Of a stretch of 64,000 nucleotides of DNA, positions 12,870 through 26,702 are shown one piece after another. Source of the stretch: Octopus vulgaris (lineage: Eukaryota); contig OX597815.1 of assembly GCA_951406725.2 (NCBI GenBank), forward strand, positions 75,826,001 to 75,890,000, in the 5' to 3' direction. Made by a program: the position numbers and the translations under genes. Under the pieces are notes generated by a model that was given only the letters and a program-made list of their open reading frames with translations, searched no databases and was not told the DNA's origin. The number at the start of each line of letters is the position of its first letter. Position 1 is the stretch's first letter.

Positions 12870-13208
12870 AAAAGGTAAAGGTAAAGACTCACTTTGCTCA
12901 TGAATGACCATGGGATTGCACCTAGAAAGTTACCCTCCAAGACAAGTCTAAGCAAGGTAGTTGATGAGCAGTCACCCATGCACGCCAGCCTCCCCTCTCC
13001 TTGCCATCGATGCTGTTCAAGGGAAAGGCAAAGACTGAAACAGCTTGGCACCAGTGACATCACAACTCATTTCTACAGCTGAGTGAACTGGAGCAACATG
13101 AAATGAAATGTCTTGCTCAAGAACACAACACACGGCCCAGTCCATGAATCGATCTCACTACCTCATGATTGTGAGCCTGACATTCTAACCACTAAACCAT
13201 GTGCCTTC
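12870..13208 (-). mobile_element. tRNA-derived SINE, family C, inverted relative to the 11514 copy
   Basis: Reverse-complement match to 11514-11848; (TTTACC)n-type tail. Confidence 0.8.
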
Positions 13209-13222
13209 TATGCAGAAGCCTA

Positions 13223-13289
<67 letters not shown>

Positions 13290-13573
13290 CATGTGTTCAT
13301 ATGTTTTTGTGCCTATGTTTACTTCACCACCACCACAGTTTAACTAATGGTGCCAGTTCGTTCGTGTCCCCCCTAGATTAATGGTTCAGCAAAAGAAATC
13401 AATAGCATAAGTAGCAAACTTTGAAAAGAATAAGGTACTGGTGTTGACTTGTTTGGTTAAACCCTTCAAGGCAGTGCCCCAGCATGGCTACAATCCAATG
13501 ACTGAAACAAGTAAAAGATAAAACATAAAAGTGATAATGTGCCTTATCCAAGACTCCATCACATGACTAATTA

Positions 13574-13783
<210 letters not shown>

Positions 13784-15032
13784 TTATATGGACAGAAAAA
13801 TACAAAAAAAGGGGACTTTATATTTTTAAGGGAAGGAAATATATATTTTTAATCAGGCTTTACTTATTAGTTATTATCAACATAGCTACAGTGTAACAAA
13901 TTTCAATCAGGGATGGAAACCATGTTTACAGATTTGGTGTGAGAACATATTTCTAATTTACAGCCCTCAGCACAAAAGAAATAATTTTTTAAGTTAATTC
14001 ATTAATTCAATCAGGTAAAAAATATGGAGATATACTTGTTTGGTAAGTGATTTGATCTGAGACTGTGTGTTGAAACTAAAACAATTACAGCAAATTATTC
14101 AAAAACACACAAAGATATCAACTTCACTTAAACGTTTATTATTTGGTGTCAAAATGTTCATTGTACCAATTGTAACCTAGTGAAATAAAGTTAACAGTCT
14201 TTGTGTATTTTGGAATGGCTAATATTTGTCTTCCATGAGGTAAGGATTAATTATTAAAAAAATTAAAATCTATGGTTAATTTGGTAATAGTTTGCTATTG
14301 TTGTTGATGATGCTATTTTATTTTTAATGGAAACTAAATATAAAATCCTAGTTTCAATTATCAATTGACAATATCATAGGAAAGACAAACTGTGTAAATG
14401 AATAATTTAACAACTTAATAAAGACATTACAAGATAGAATTGAATATCATCACATTTTAAAGTTAACTTTGTACTCTGGTGTAGAAAAAACCCAAACACT
14501 GTGTATAAATGTTGTGAAAAATAAGTTAAAAACAAGCCATTTTGAAAAGCTTTAAAAAAATTCTAAAATCTAAACTAAAAAGTATAAACATATTTTCACT
14601 ATTAACTATACACTGCATGGGCTCAAATGTTCATTTGTAAAGCCCAATATTCTCAGATCTGACCTAAAAAGTTCTTTCTAACTCTTCCTCAGTCAGTTTC
14701 TATAAGAAATCTTAGCCATCAGCTCATAATATATTTTTACCCAGCACTCATCAATTATCCTCTTGTCTACAGTATAGGTCCACAGTCTTCATCCCAGTGA
14801 GTTTAAATAGTTAACATGGTATAGTTATTATTTCAGTAATAAATAGTAGTGAAATGCTACACAATTTTATGGTAGCCAGTTTAATATAATTGTATTTAAG
14901 TGTAAGTTAAAATTAATTATTGAGGTAATCAGTTTTAATGAAAATATTGGAAGATAAGAAGCTTCTTATATTTTTGTGACATTATTTGATGAGATATGTT
15001 AAATAACCACTGTATTGAAGATTTGAGATTTA

Positions 15033-15194
<162 letters not shown>

Positions 15195-15534
15195 TTATAT
15201 AATGTCTCAATGAAACAAATGTTCAGACATTCATGTAATTTGAGTAGGAACAACATAACGATTTTATAAGTGAATCACTGAATCAGTCACCCAATCACTC
15301 ACACAGAGTAACAATGACAGTTTGCTTGACAACTGTCACTTAATTCTATTAACACTTAGTCAAGGAATTATTCATTAGATAGTTAATCAATTAAAAAGTT
15401 TGAGGCCCACTTATAAAGATACCAGCAAATAGTTACTGAGTTAAAAGTTACACATACTGACAATCATTAAATTAAAGTTGTTTGCTTAAACAATCATTCA
15501 ATTATTTAGTGAGACATTATATATTACCATCAGC

Positions 15535-16160
15535 CTCTACCTGGTATGTAGCCAGTCGACTTATACATACCTTTCCTTCTTGGGACACAAAACTCCACTT
15601 GTGAAGACCCGTTGAGGCAAGTGAAAATCAAAATCAAAATCAAAATCAAACCAAATCAAATCAGATATCAGAAAGCAGAACCAAAATTGAAGTCGATCAA
15701 CATCAATGGAAATTGCAGCTGTGATACCAGTGCCGGTGACAAGTAAGCAAACCATCCGATCGTGGCCGTTGCCAGCGCCGCCCCAACTGGCCTCCGTGCC
15801 GGTGGCACGTAAAAAGCACCATCCGTTCGTGGCCGTTGCCAGCCTCGCCTGGCACATAGCACCATCCGTTCGTGGCCGTTACCAGCCTCGCCTGGCCCCC
15901 ATGCCGGAGGCACGTAAAAAGTACCATCCGTCTGTGGCCATTTGCCAGCTCCGTCTGGCACCTGTGCGGGTGGCACGTAAAAAGCACCCACTACACTCAA
16001 GGAGTGGTTGGCGTTAGGAAGGGCATCCAGCCATAGAAACACTGCCAGATCGGACTGGGCATGATGCAGCCTTCTGGCTTCACAGACCCCAGTTGAACCG
16101 TCCAACCCATGCTAGCATTGAAAGCGGATGCTAAATGATGATGATGATGATGATGATGAT
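15535..16160 (+). mobile_element. 3' UTR-only copy of the PHD-RT LINE family
   Basis: Closely matches 49705-50278, including the GTGCCGGTGGCAC repeat units and (GAT)n tail. Confidence 0.85.
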
Positions 16161-16764
16161 CTTCTTCATATTAACATCTGCTTTTTCATGCTTAAAAGAG
16201 TCAGACAGAATTCTTTGAAGCAGATTTTCTATGCTGGATGACCTTCTTGTCACCAACCCTCACCAGTTTCCAAGCAAGTTTCCCCATGGTCAAATATATG
16301 TTCACAGAAAATTGAAGGTGATGCTTGTTTACAATTATCACATGATGTCAATATAATCACCAAAACACACACACACAAAACAGGATTCTTTCAGTTTCTG
16401 TCTAACAAATCTACTGACAAGGCCTTGGTCAGTCTGAGGCTTTAGGAAAAAACACTGGTCCAAGGCAACATTCAGAGGGATTGAGCCCAAAACCACATGG
16501 TTGAGATGTGAAGTTCTTCCCCACACAGTCACACCTGTACACTTTAAAATTTTTTTTATTTCTTTTCATCTTTATGTAATGTATAGCAGTCCATGGCATA
16601 CAAATGTATTACAAATGAAATGACAATGAGAAAATAATAAGATTTTTTATAAGATCATGAAATGTATCCAGAGAAACAAATAAGATCTCAGTGCTTACCT
16701 CCAGAATACTTAGCTCAGTCTTGATGAGGCATGGCAAAATTCTAGTACAAAATTCTAATTCTAA

Positions 16765-17228
16765 TACAATCAGTGATGTTACCAAGAGTCAGCAGATGTA
16801 TTGGATTTTTCATCAATCAATCATCTTCACCCAGGTAACCCAGTTGGGGTTGAACAAGGTCCAACTTGAATCCATGTAGCACTAAATTAGATAGCACTAA
16901 TCTATCTACTGTTAATCCATAACCACCTTGAAGCAATCTCAGCTGCCTCTGTAACTAACTTAATGGCCTTTTATCTAGTGGATTCTGTGACACCCAGTAT
17001 GCTGACAGTTTTGCAGAGGGGACTAACCAATGAAACCTCTGCATCCCACTTCAATGAGATCAGGAGTTGCTCACATCACCCATTGTTTTGACGCAATACC
17101 ACTAGCTCAGTATATTTTGATCTCTTCCACTCACAGGCCTCCTCAATATAGTTCTCCCATGGAATAGGAGAGTTTAATAAATCAACCTGCTTGGATGTTT
17201 CTGACATCAACACCATGTGTGGCCTAAA
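16765..17228 (-). mobile_element. Degenerate HERO-like (R2-group) retrotransposon REL endonuclease plus 3' UTR
   Basis: Minus strand FRPHMVLMSETSKQV..PWENYIEEACEWKRSKYTELV..IEVGCRGF matches the RPD..ELTVPWE..E.K..KY..EVGCRGF motif of HERO elements. Confidence 0.65.
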
Positions 17229-17321
17229 TAATGTTGAAGTGGAAGTGTCTGTAAGCTTGTGTGTGCCCTTGTTTTGTCATCATAGGATGGTTGTAAATGA
17301 GTATCACCATCATACAAGCAA

Positions 17322-17520
17322 CGTCATTCACGCTCAGAGTTGCTGAAGCATGGAATAAACTGCCTGCGTCAGTTGTTGACTGCCATGACACTGCATCCTT
17401 TAAGGCCCTCATGCTTTCCAAAATCCGTCGAAACTACACCTGATTATATATACACTTTAGATGAGTTGTAGTGCACCTGAGCACTGTACACAATGTTTAT
17501 TATTATTATTATTATTATTT
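17322..17520 (+). mobile_element. CR1/L2-group LINE 3' terminus
   Basis: FTLRVAEAWNKLPASVVDCHDTASFK, stop, short UTR, (TTA)n tail. Confidence 0.65.
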
Positions 17521-17921
17521 TTCCAGTCTGTATAAAACAATTCTGGTCATGGGAAATATTACAAATACACACACTCACAGGCATGCACATGCACACATAC
17601 ACATACGCACAGACGCACGCTTGCACGTACACACACATCCATACACAGCGAGCTTCTTTCAGTTTCTGTCTTCAAAAGCCACTTACAAAGCTTTGCCTAT
17701 GGTACCACACAGTGGGTTTGAACCTAAAACTATGCAGTTGGAAAGCAAACTTCTTAACCAAACTGCCATGCCTACTGTAAAAATTAATTGTTTGAATAAC
17801 CCATATGCAAATATCAAAAACGTTATTCATCATCATACTAGAGAGGAAAATGTTTTTAAAGTTGAAAAAAATAGTAGGGAAAGCAATAGCGTAATCAAAA
17901 GTTTTGTTAAAAATCACTCAC

Positions 17922-18043
17922 CGACCAAAATATTCATCATAGCCATCTCGCACCTGAAGCTGTAATACAGCATGGGAACGTGATGAATCTGGATTGGCAC
18001 CTGTAGAACCTTTACTGCGACATGCACTACCAATATCAAGAAT
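17922..18043 (-). CDS. KIF24: KIF24-like coding exon 5 (switch I)
   Basis: TTACAG|ILDIGSACRSKGSTGANPDSSRSHAVLQLQVRDGYDEYFG(R)|GTGAGT; 122 nt; NxxSSRSH motif. Confidence 0.95.
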
Positions 18044-20029
18044 CTGTAATATAGGGAAAATATAAGATTATAATTTATGTTTCTTAACTTTTAAAGAAAG
18101 GTTGTTTTAAAGTTATTGTACAGACAAATAGGACTCAGTGAACATGTACACGTGTGTTGGTAAGAAACAACCTAATTTTATGATTTTTATCCAATATCAA
18201 TCTCGCAATTACACAACACCTTAATAAATACAACGTTCATAACCTAATACTGACCACTTCTAAATAACTGTAGGAGAGAAAGGGAGACAACTACTACCTG
18301 CAATGTTTGTTGAAGCTGCCACTACTGCTACTAGTTAGAGTAACACGGCCAGTACCATGACTACTACAGCCACTAGCATTACTGCTACTGTTACTTCTGA
18401 TAGTCACTCCTTAATGAGAAAGGACAACTGACACTGCTTGAACTATCAATACAACTATAACTCAGCAACAATCAGAAGGAAACAAAATACCAGCACCACA
18501 TGATGTTTATAGGAAAAATGCAAACTTCCAGAACTGATATCATGAACAAATAATTTATTGCAATTTATTTTTCACTTTTATTTCAGCATGACTAAATCAT
18601 CTTTCAAAGCAACTGAAACCAGTAGCTTCTTTGATATATATGTAAATACTTTCTTTATTTTTATCCATGATAAAGTTTTCAAAGCATTTTCTTCTTTTTC
18701 TTTTATATAAATTTACTCCTGCAAAAATTTCTTAACCTTTTGTAGTGTGTTCGTGTATGTGTGTGTGTATGTGTGTGTGTGTGTGTGCATGTGTATGTGT
18801 GTGTTTATATGTGCATGCATGCGTGCGTGTGCGTGTGTGTGTTTGTGTGTGTGCATGCATGTTTGTGTGTTTTGGTCAACCTGATTATTTCTTCGTGCCT
18901 ATAAGATTTGTGCAGTTGGTATTAAATCTGAAATAGTTTCAAACTCACCAATGAATCCAGTTGACCAGAGAAACCCTTAAGGTTTGAAAAAATAATCAGA
19001 CTTACCAACACACAATTATAACAAACTGTATATACCCCTAACACGTGTGCATTGAGTATATGCATTTTTGCACGGAAATATGCATGTCCTAAAATATACA
19101 AATATTTAATACCACTCTGAGACCACCCACAGCTCTATAAAACAAACTTGGCGTTTTAATCACTTTGATACTAATCCATCTGAGACTACCCTTAGTTCTA
19201 TTATACAAAAACCCTGTTTTAAAATTATCTTAATTAAAACCTTCCATCAAAATTTCATCCTAATTTATGCTCCAAACACCAGATAATAATTCCAAAATTA
19301 TTTTAATAAATTTTTTATTATTTTCAAAATTAATTAAAACAGTGTATTTCAACACAATATGGCATTAAAAGTTAAACTACAACAATTATAATTGTAGTCA
19401 TTGGGGTTGTTGTTAATGGAAGGTTTAAAACTATAATAAAATATGTATTTCATCTTCCTAATAATATGATGTATCAACTTCCCAAATGCAATTTTTCTTT
19501 TATTTCACAGATACAGGCATGGCTGTACAAGGTACAGACACAGCTATGTGATTAAGAAGCTTGCTTTGCAACTACGTAGTTTCATGTTCAGTCCCACTTC
19601 TCCAAGGTGTGTGGTACCTTGGGTAAGTTTTTTTCTACTATAGGCCCAGGATCACCAATACCTTCTGATTGAATTTCACAGACAAAAGCCCATCATATAT
19701 GTGTATGACTATATATATATATATATATAACACAAATGGACTTTATATTACACCACACTCAGAACCTCTCCTGTACTGGATCTTCAGCCTACAGTGGACT
19801 GTGGACTGCATGCTGGAGTATACTCTTGTGTGATTTTACATATACGTTGAGTGTATTTGGTCTGTACATGTGGATGTATGCATGACAGAAGGACAAATCA
19901 GTATATACTCTAATAAGTACATGAGTGTCTGTACACACTGTTAAAACATGGGTATGCTGTCCTTGATTTTACCTTAGTATCCTTATTATTAAAATAACTT
20001 TATTCTATTGGATCCTGAAAGTAATTAAA

Positions 20030-20486
20030 TATAAGACTTTGGAAATATGCTGTGCTTGAAAAATCTCGACAAGCCAAATGAAACCATAGTCGTGGCCATT
20101 ACCAGTGTCACGTAAATGACACCCATGAAATTATAATAATGGCTGTTGCTGGTAGCATGATCTTCGAACGTTGGGCCTCACTAAGGCAATGACATGTGAC
20201 TGAAACCTTGGTGATATGTTGTGCTTGAGAAGACTCATCAAGCCAAGTGAAACCATAGTCATGCCCATTGCCAGTGTCATGTAAATGGCACCCATGCTGG
20301 TGGCATGTAGAAACCACCCATTATACCCTTGTAGTGATTGGCATTATGAAGGGCATGCTGTTGTAGAAACGATGCCAAATCAGACTGAAACCTAGTACAG
20401 CTCTCCAGCTTACCAGTTCCAGTCAAACCATCTAACCCATGCCAGCATGGAAAGCAGATGTGAAATGATGATGATGATGATGATGA

Positions 20487-20490
<4 letters not shown>
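20030..20490 (+). mobile_element. 3' UTR fragment of an older subfamily of the PHD-RT LINE family
   Basis: GAAGGGCAT..GTAGAAAC..AACCCATGCCAGCATGGAA..(GAT)n, with an internal repeat CAAGCCAA(A/G)TGAAACCATAGTC. Confidence 0.7.
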
Positions 20491-20583
<93 letters not shown>

Positions 20584-20959
20584 TATGTATGTGTGGGCGA
20601 GCCTTTGTTTCTGCGTGTGTTTGTCACATCCCCACAGCTTGGCATTGATATTGGTTTCATCATATCTTTACATCCCTATAACTTAGTGGTTCAGCAAAAG
20701 ACACCAACAGAATAAGGACTAGACATAAAGATGTGAGTACTGGGGTCAATCTGTTAAGACTAAAAAGGAAAACCCTTCAGGGCAATACCCCAGCTTGGCC
20801 TCAGTCCAATGACTGAAACAAGTAAATGACAAAAGAAGATACCTTTAGAGTGTACCCTCCGAACTCCCTGCTATGTTTAACCACACATTTTCATGTGAGT
20901 GGTTGTTCAAACATATTCTAATCCCTCCCCTCTCTTAGTCAGGTGATGATACACAGTAC

Positions 20960-21047
20960 CTGCATCAGTGAGCTGACATCTGGTACTTCAGTCTCTGTCA
21001 GGCCAGCAATACAGACTTTATGAGATCCATCTTCACGAGCAAACAAC
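20960..21047 (-). CDS. KIF24: KIF24-like coding exon 4 (motor)
   Basis: CAACAG|LFAREDGSHKVCIAGLTETEVPDVSSLMQ|GTACTG; 88 nt, phase 2 to 0. Confidence 0.93.
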
Positions 21048-21146
21048 CTGTTGACATATAAACACAAAAATGCTTATGAAAAATCTGCGTGTAAAAGGGA
21101 CGAATCAAACAGACACACAAATATAGAAACAGTTCTTAAACACAGT

Positions 21147-21368
21147 TTAACTCTTTTGATACCAACCCACCTGCGACCACCCTTTGAAACAAACTCTATT
21201 TTAAAATGAACTTCATAAAAACCTTCCATCAATATTTCATGCTAATCTATGTTCCAAACACCAGCTTAATAACGACAAAGTTATCTTACTCAACTCTTCA
21301 TTATTTTCAAAATCAATTGGATCAAAAGCATCATAGTTCAACAAAAATATGGAAACAAATGGATTAAA
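21147..21368. mobile_element. TTAA-bounded MITE (piggyBac-like termini)
   Basis: TTAACTCTTTTGATACC...GGAAACAAATGGATTAA; related copies at about 19155-19375, 21545-21760 and 28761-28987. Confidence 0.55.
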
Positions 21369-22017
21369 TATATTCCTAATAATCAGTTAAACTTACTGGA
21401 CATTATTTTCACTAGATATTAGCAATACTATTAAAATATATAGAATACAACACAAACATAATGCACAATTAAATATATTACATTTACTTCAAAGGATTAT
21501 GGGGAAGTATTACAAAATATTGATTTGGAGACAACTTTTTTTATATCAACCTGCCTGAGATAGGTCCTGGTTCTATGATATAAACTTCCAGTTTTAAAGT
21601 GCTCTATATAAAATCTTCCCATCAAAATTACATGTTCATTTATGTTCCAAACACCAGTTAAGTAATGACAATATTATTTTAGTAAATTCTTTATTATTTT
21701 CAAAATGAATTCAAACAACTACAGTGTATATCAACAGAAATATGTTAACAAAAGAATTAACTACAACAATTATAATTGTAGTTATTGGGGTAATGGTTGT
21801 TGTTAATGCAATATTTAAAATTATTATAATAATATACTTTTTTAAAAAGTCATAGATATAAATAGAGTAAAAATAGAAAAATAAGGATACACAAAAAAAA
21901 CAGAAAGATGATATTAATGAACACATAATGCAAAAACACAGATATACAACTGTAAGGGTCCTATCTAAAAATGTGTTCCACTGTTCCTCTGTGTATGTAA
22001 CACTACATATAATTATA

Positions 22018-22425
22018 GGTGTAGGTGTGGCTGTGTGGTAAGAAGCTTGCTACACAACTACATGGGCCCAGGTTCAGTCCAACTGCATGACACCTTAAGC
22101 ATGTGTCTTCTACTATTGCCTTGGGCCAACCAAAGCCTTGTGAGTGGATTTGGTAGACGGAAAATGAAAGAAGCCCCATCATATGTATATATACATGTAT
22201 GTACATGTGTGTGTGTGTCTTTGCTTGCCCCCACCGCTGTTTGACAACTGGTGCTGGTGGGTTTACATCCCCATGACTAAGCAGTTCAGCAAAAGAGACC
22301 AATAAAATAAGTACCAGATTTTTTTTTTTTTTAAATAAGTTCTGGGGTCAATTCATTTGACTAAAACCTCTTCAAGGTGATGCCCCAACATGGCTATGGT
22401 CTAATGACTGAAACAAATAAAAGAC
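22018..22425 (+). mobile_element. tRNA-derived SINE, family B, full length with internal (TA/TG)n
   Basis: A-box-like TGGCTGTGTGG and B-box-like GGTTCAGTCC; many other copies (5915-6370, 10530-10690, 58790-59655, 60300-60660, 62325-62462). Confidence 0.8.
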
Positions 22426-22760
22426 AATAGATAATATGCAGCAGCAGCAGCCATCACTGCTGCCACAGCAGCCATCATCATCATCAATGTTGTTATTATT
22501 TTTTTTTTTTGAGTGAGAGAGCAGTGCAGGCCATCAAAGTGACACTGGGGTACAAATATATGAAGCCCAGTATACTCATCATGACTACCTGTCTGATAAG
22601 GTTACACCAGGCACATACATCACAACCACATGTGCACGACATGGTGATCTCATATCAAGATTAACAGCACATGACCTTGTAGGTGGAGCCCAGTTAGTAT
22701 TTTCATCAGTTTGGGTAGCCCATCCTGCTCAAAAGATCCCTGAATAAGGGTTATTTAAGG

Positions 22761-23133
<373 letters not shown>

Positions 23134-23479
23134 AATGTCCACTTTCCATGTTGGCATGGGCTGTAAAGTTTGACAGTAACCAGTGAGCTGCAAGGCTGCA
23201 TCAAGCTTCAATGTCATCTTCAGCATGATTTCTATGGCTGGATACCTTTCCTAACACCAACCACTTTACAGATTGTATTCAATGCTTTTTAGTACCACTG
23301 ACATTAGTGAGGTTGTCAATTAACTTGCAAGACAGTAAAAGAACAGAGCAAAAGCAAAGGGAGGAAGCTCCTACTACTAAGTGCTCTTTCTAATCAATTG
23401 TGTTATAATTTCCATAAACTGGTCCAACAATTTCATACTTCTGTAATTAATTAATTAATTCTCTAAAATAGTTCCTTTG

Positions 23480-24600
23480 CCCTTGAAATATTTGACAACA
23501 ATACTCCTACAAAATCATTTGGAACACCTCACACCTATGATCCTCATGCCAGAGAACATTGGTAAACTTCATTGAACTTTGCTTCTCCTCTCGCTAAATA
23601 CACCTGTCATCTAGCTTTTCTAGTTGCTTGGTACAGTTCTCTGCTGCCCTCTTTCCTTCAGTCTTTTCAAACCTGTCTCCACTTATATGTCTCCATTTCA
23701 CCACTACGTCATCAATGTGGTGTGAGTTTGGTCTCCATCTCTTTTCTATGCTAAAAGTTTCTGTCTTGTGTTCTTCAAAAGTTTTAAGTACTTCTCTAAT
23801 TATCCAACTGTTTGATGGATCTTTAAATTTCCATATCTTCCTTCTACAAATAGTTTTATGTCTCTAGCTCTAACTAGAATAATCACTAACCAATGTTAGT
23901 GATTATTCTTCACTGAGAAAAGACCAATAGGAAAGGCCTATATGTTCACCAGATTAGTAAGTTATCAAGAAAAATGCTGGCTGACTGGCTGGTTGACCAG
24001 TTTCTTGAAGTTAGTGTTACAAATTATCAAGCAACTGGTGTCACAGAACTCCAGGAACTTTGTTCCCTCTTTCTTTCTTGAAATAAAGCCAAACCTCTAT
24101 TTACATAACAAGGAATGCTCAACATGTCTGTTGAAATCACCAGGAATGATGTTAAGGTCATGTTCATTCCTCAGTAGTCTGCATGAGAGCTTCATAAAAT
24201 TGATCTTTCTGTTCATCTACTAGTCTAGACTGTGGAGCATATGCAGAGATAAATGTTGCTATTATATTATCCAAAGTTAGTCTCAGCCTAAATATCCTGA
24301 TACACTTTTATTACCTCATATGCTTCATTTATCTACTATTAGTCTACCTACTTCACCCACATCATCACTGCTTCCTATTCAGAAGAATTTTACCTTTGTT
24401 CTTTGCCCATGAGGAGTGTGACTGAGGCTCCTCTCCATCTTGTCTCTTGCATACAGCACACATCTACACACCTCCACTCTAACATTTCAACAATCTCTAT
24501 GAACCTACCTTTCATTGTCCCTACATTGATTGTGGCAGCTCTAAAGTTGTGGACTTGATAGGAAGAGTGGGTGGGTAGCTTAGGGTGCATTTTCAGCACC
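23480..24600 (-). mobile_element. Degenerate 5' part (APE endonuclease and linker) of an RTE-group LINE
   Basis: FRAATINVGTMKGRFIEIVEMLEWRCVDVCCMQETRWRG is an APE N-terminus; downstream KFTNVLWHEDHRCEVF linker; many stops and frameshifts. Confidence 0.7.
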
Positions 24601-25990
24601 TGAAAGGAAGAAAGTTTGTGTGAATGTTTGATGGTACACCAAAGGCTCTTACATATGCCCAGATATTTTCACATAATGAATTACTATTAGTTTCAGTCAC
24701 TAAACCACTAGGTCCAAGTATCAGCAAAAGGATAAAGATATCCACCAACAGGTCTTCGTTAGATGACAGGAATAGAGAGGAGACACAACAGTAACCATTG
24801 AAGAAAGGGAAGTTGACAGTAGTGAATGCGCATGCACACATGTGCACACACACATATGCTGACAAGCTTCTTTCAGCTTCTGTCTACCAAATCCACTCAA
24901 AAAGATTTTGTTGGCCTGGAGGTTATAGTAGAAGACACATGCTCAAGATGCATGTGGGACTGAACCTGAAAGCATCATCATTATCATCATCATCATTTAA
25001 TATTCATTGTTCATGTTGGCATGGGTTGGAAGGTTTGAACAGGGCTGGTCAGCTGGAAGGCTGCACCAAACTCCAGTCTGATTTGGCATGGTTTTCTACA
25101 GCTGGATGCCCTTCCTAATGTCAACCACTCTGAGAGTGTAATGGGTGCTATTACATGCCATCAGAATGGGTGCCATTTGCATGACACTAATATCGGCCAT
25201 GACTGTGACAGAGACTGGTGTCACACAAATGGCACCCATGCTGGTGGCACATAAAAGCACGGTTGAAAAATAAACTTCTTTACTACACAACTATTCCTGG
25301 ACCCAACTATTATTGCTCATCATCCACAGGGATCAAAGCTTTGATTGGAATAGTCTTCCTAATTTAAATGATTAAAACTAAAATATTTTCACAAACTGAA
25401 ATCATGAAGTAAACCAAATTTTAAACCAAAATTTATTTAGGCTTATAACAGCTACCAAAAGTTTATCAATTAGAAATTTTAAACTTGAAATGACCATCCC
25501 TGATAAACTTCAGTAATTACCAATTTGTTGGCAAATTTGCAAATCAAGATAATAATTTTATCATAAATTTAAAAAAACTTTGCATTTTCAAACATCATCA
25601 TCATCATCATCATCATCATCAACAACATTATCATTGTTTTAATGTCCACTTTTCCATGCTCACATGGGTCAGGCACACTTTGTTGAGAGGGACATTCTAT
25701 GACTGCGTGCCCTTCCTGTCATTAACCCTCACCTGTTTCCAAGTAAACTAATATTTCCCCATGACCAAATAGGTTTTTTTCAGTAGAGTGGGAATGAAGT
25801 ACACTATTTGGATGATGGTGATACTCACTTACAACTATCACATGATGTCAGACAGTAACACACACATGCACACACAAACATGCATGCATGCGTGCATACA
25901 TGCGTACGTACGTACGTACATACATACATAAATAAATACATATATATATATACATACATACAAACATATGTACATACATACATACATACA

Positions 25991-26680
25991 TGGTGTTTGT
26001 CTCCTCCTTATGCAGAGTCTGACTACCTCTTGTACTTACACCTTAGATGCATCATCGCATCTGAGGTGGCTTTTTAAACTAGACATTGTATTGAAAAGAC
26101 GCCCACATAGATTGCATAACTGATTTAGAACACTAAGATCTTTGTGGGTCTTAAAATGTCTTTTGAGGCCTCTATTAGATTTGCAGACCTTATGATATAC
26201 ATGGCATGGAAAGTGGAAAGGTGTGCACACATATATATAGGCAAAATAATTGGTGGAGGTTCGTTTTTCATGGGTCCACAAATGAGATTTGTACCCAGCA
26301 AAGGAAAGGTATGGTCTGTCACAAACTGTGCACACAAAAAGCCACTGAGATTCAACTTCTCGATTGCAACATTCTTCTTTAAATCTCTCGAGTCTTGCAT
26401 GTGTCATCCTGGCCTCCTCAAAAGCTTTCACTGAACTCCACACTTTTGTTTGCCATCCATCTCAATCCAAAGCAAAGGTTTCTATTGCTTTTGGATCCAT
26501 CCCAAGTGACTCCATGGTAGTCCTTATGCCATCTTTAAACCTCTTTTTAGTTTTACACCGATTGTGCTTCCCCTCCGCAAGCTCACCATAAAACAGCAGT
26601 TTGGGTGTGTGTTCATCCACCATTCAAACAATATGGCCAGACCAACTCATTCAATTTTTCAGAATCATTGATTTAATTGA
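25991..26680 (-). mobile_element. RTE-clade LINE 3' fragment with three C-terminal C2H2 zinc fingers
   Basis: WSGHIV*M..PKLLFYGELAEGKHNRCKTKKRFKD, then CTVC..HLWTH, CHVY..HFKTH and CNLC..HLR; flanked by (TACA)n. Confidence 0.75.
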
Positions 26681-26702
26681 TTTATATACATACATACATC
26701 CA

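Noticed and set aside
15700-16000. Repeat-spacer-like pattern suggestive of CRISPR
   Set aside because: Units are LINE 3' UTR repeats with non-unique spacers, in eukaryotic DNA with no cas genes
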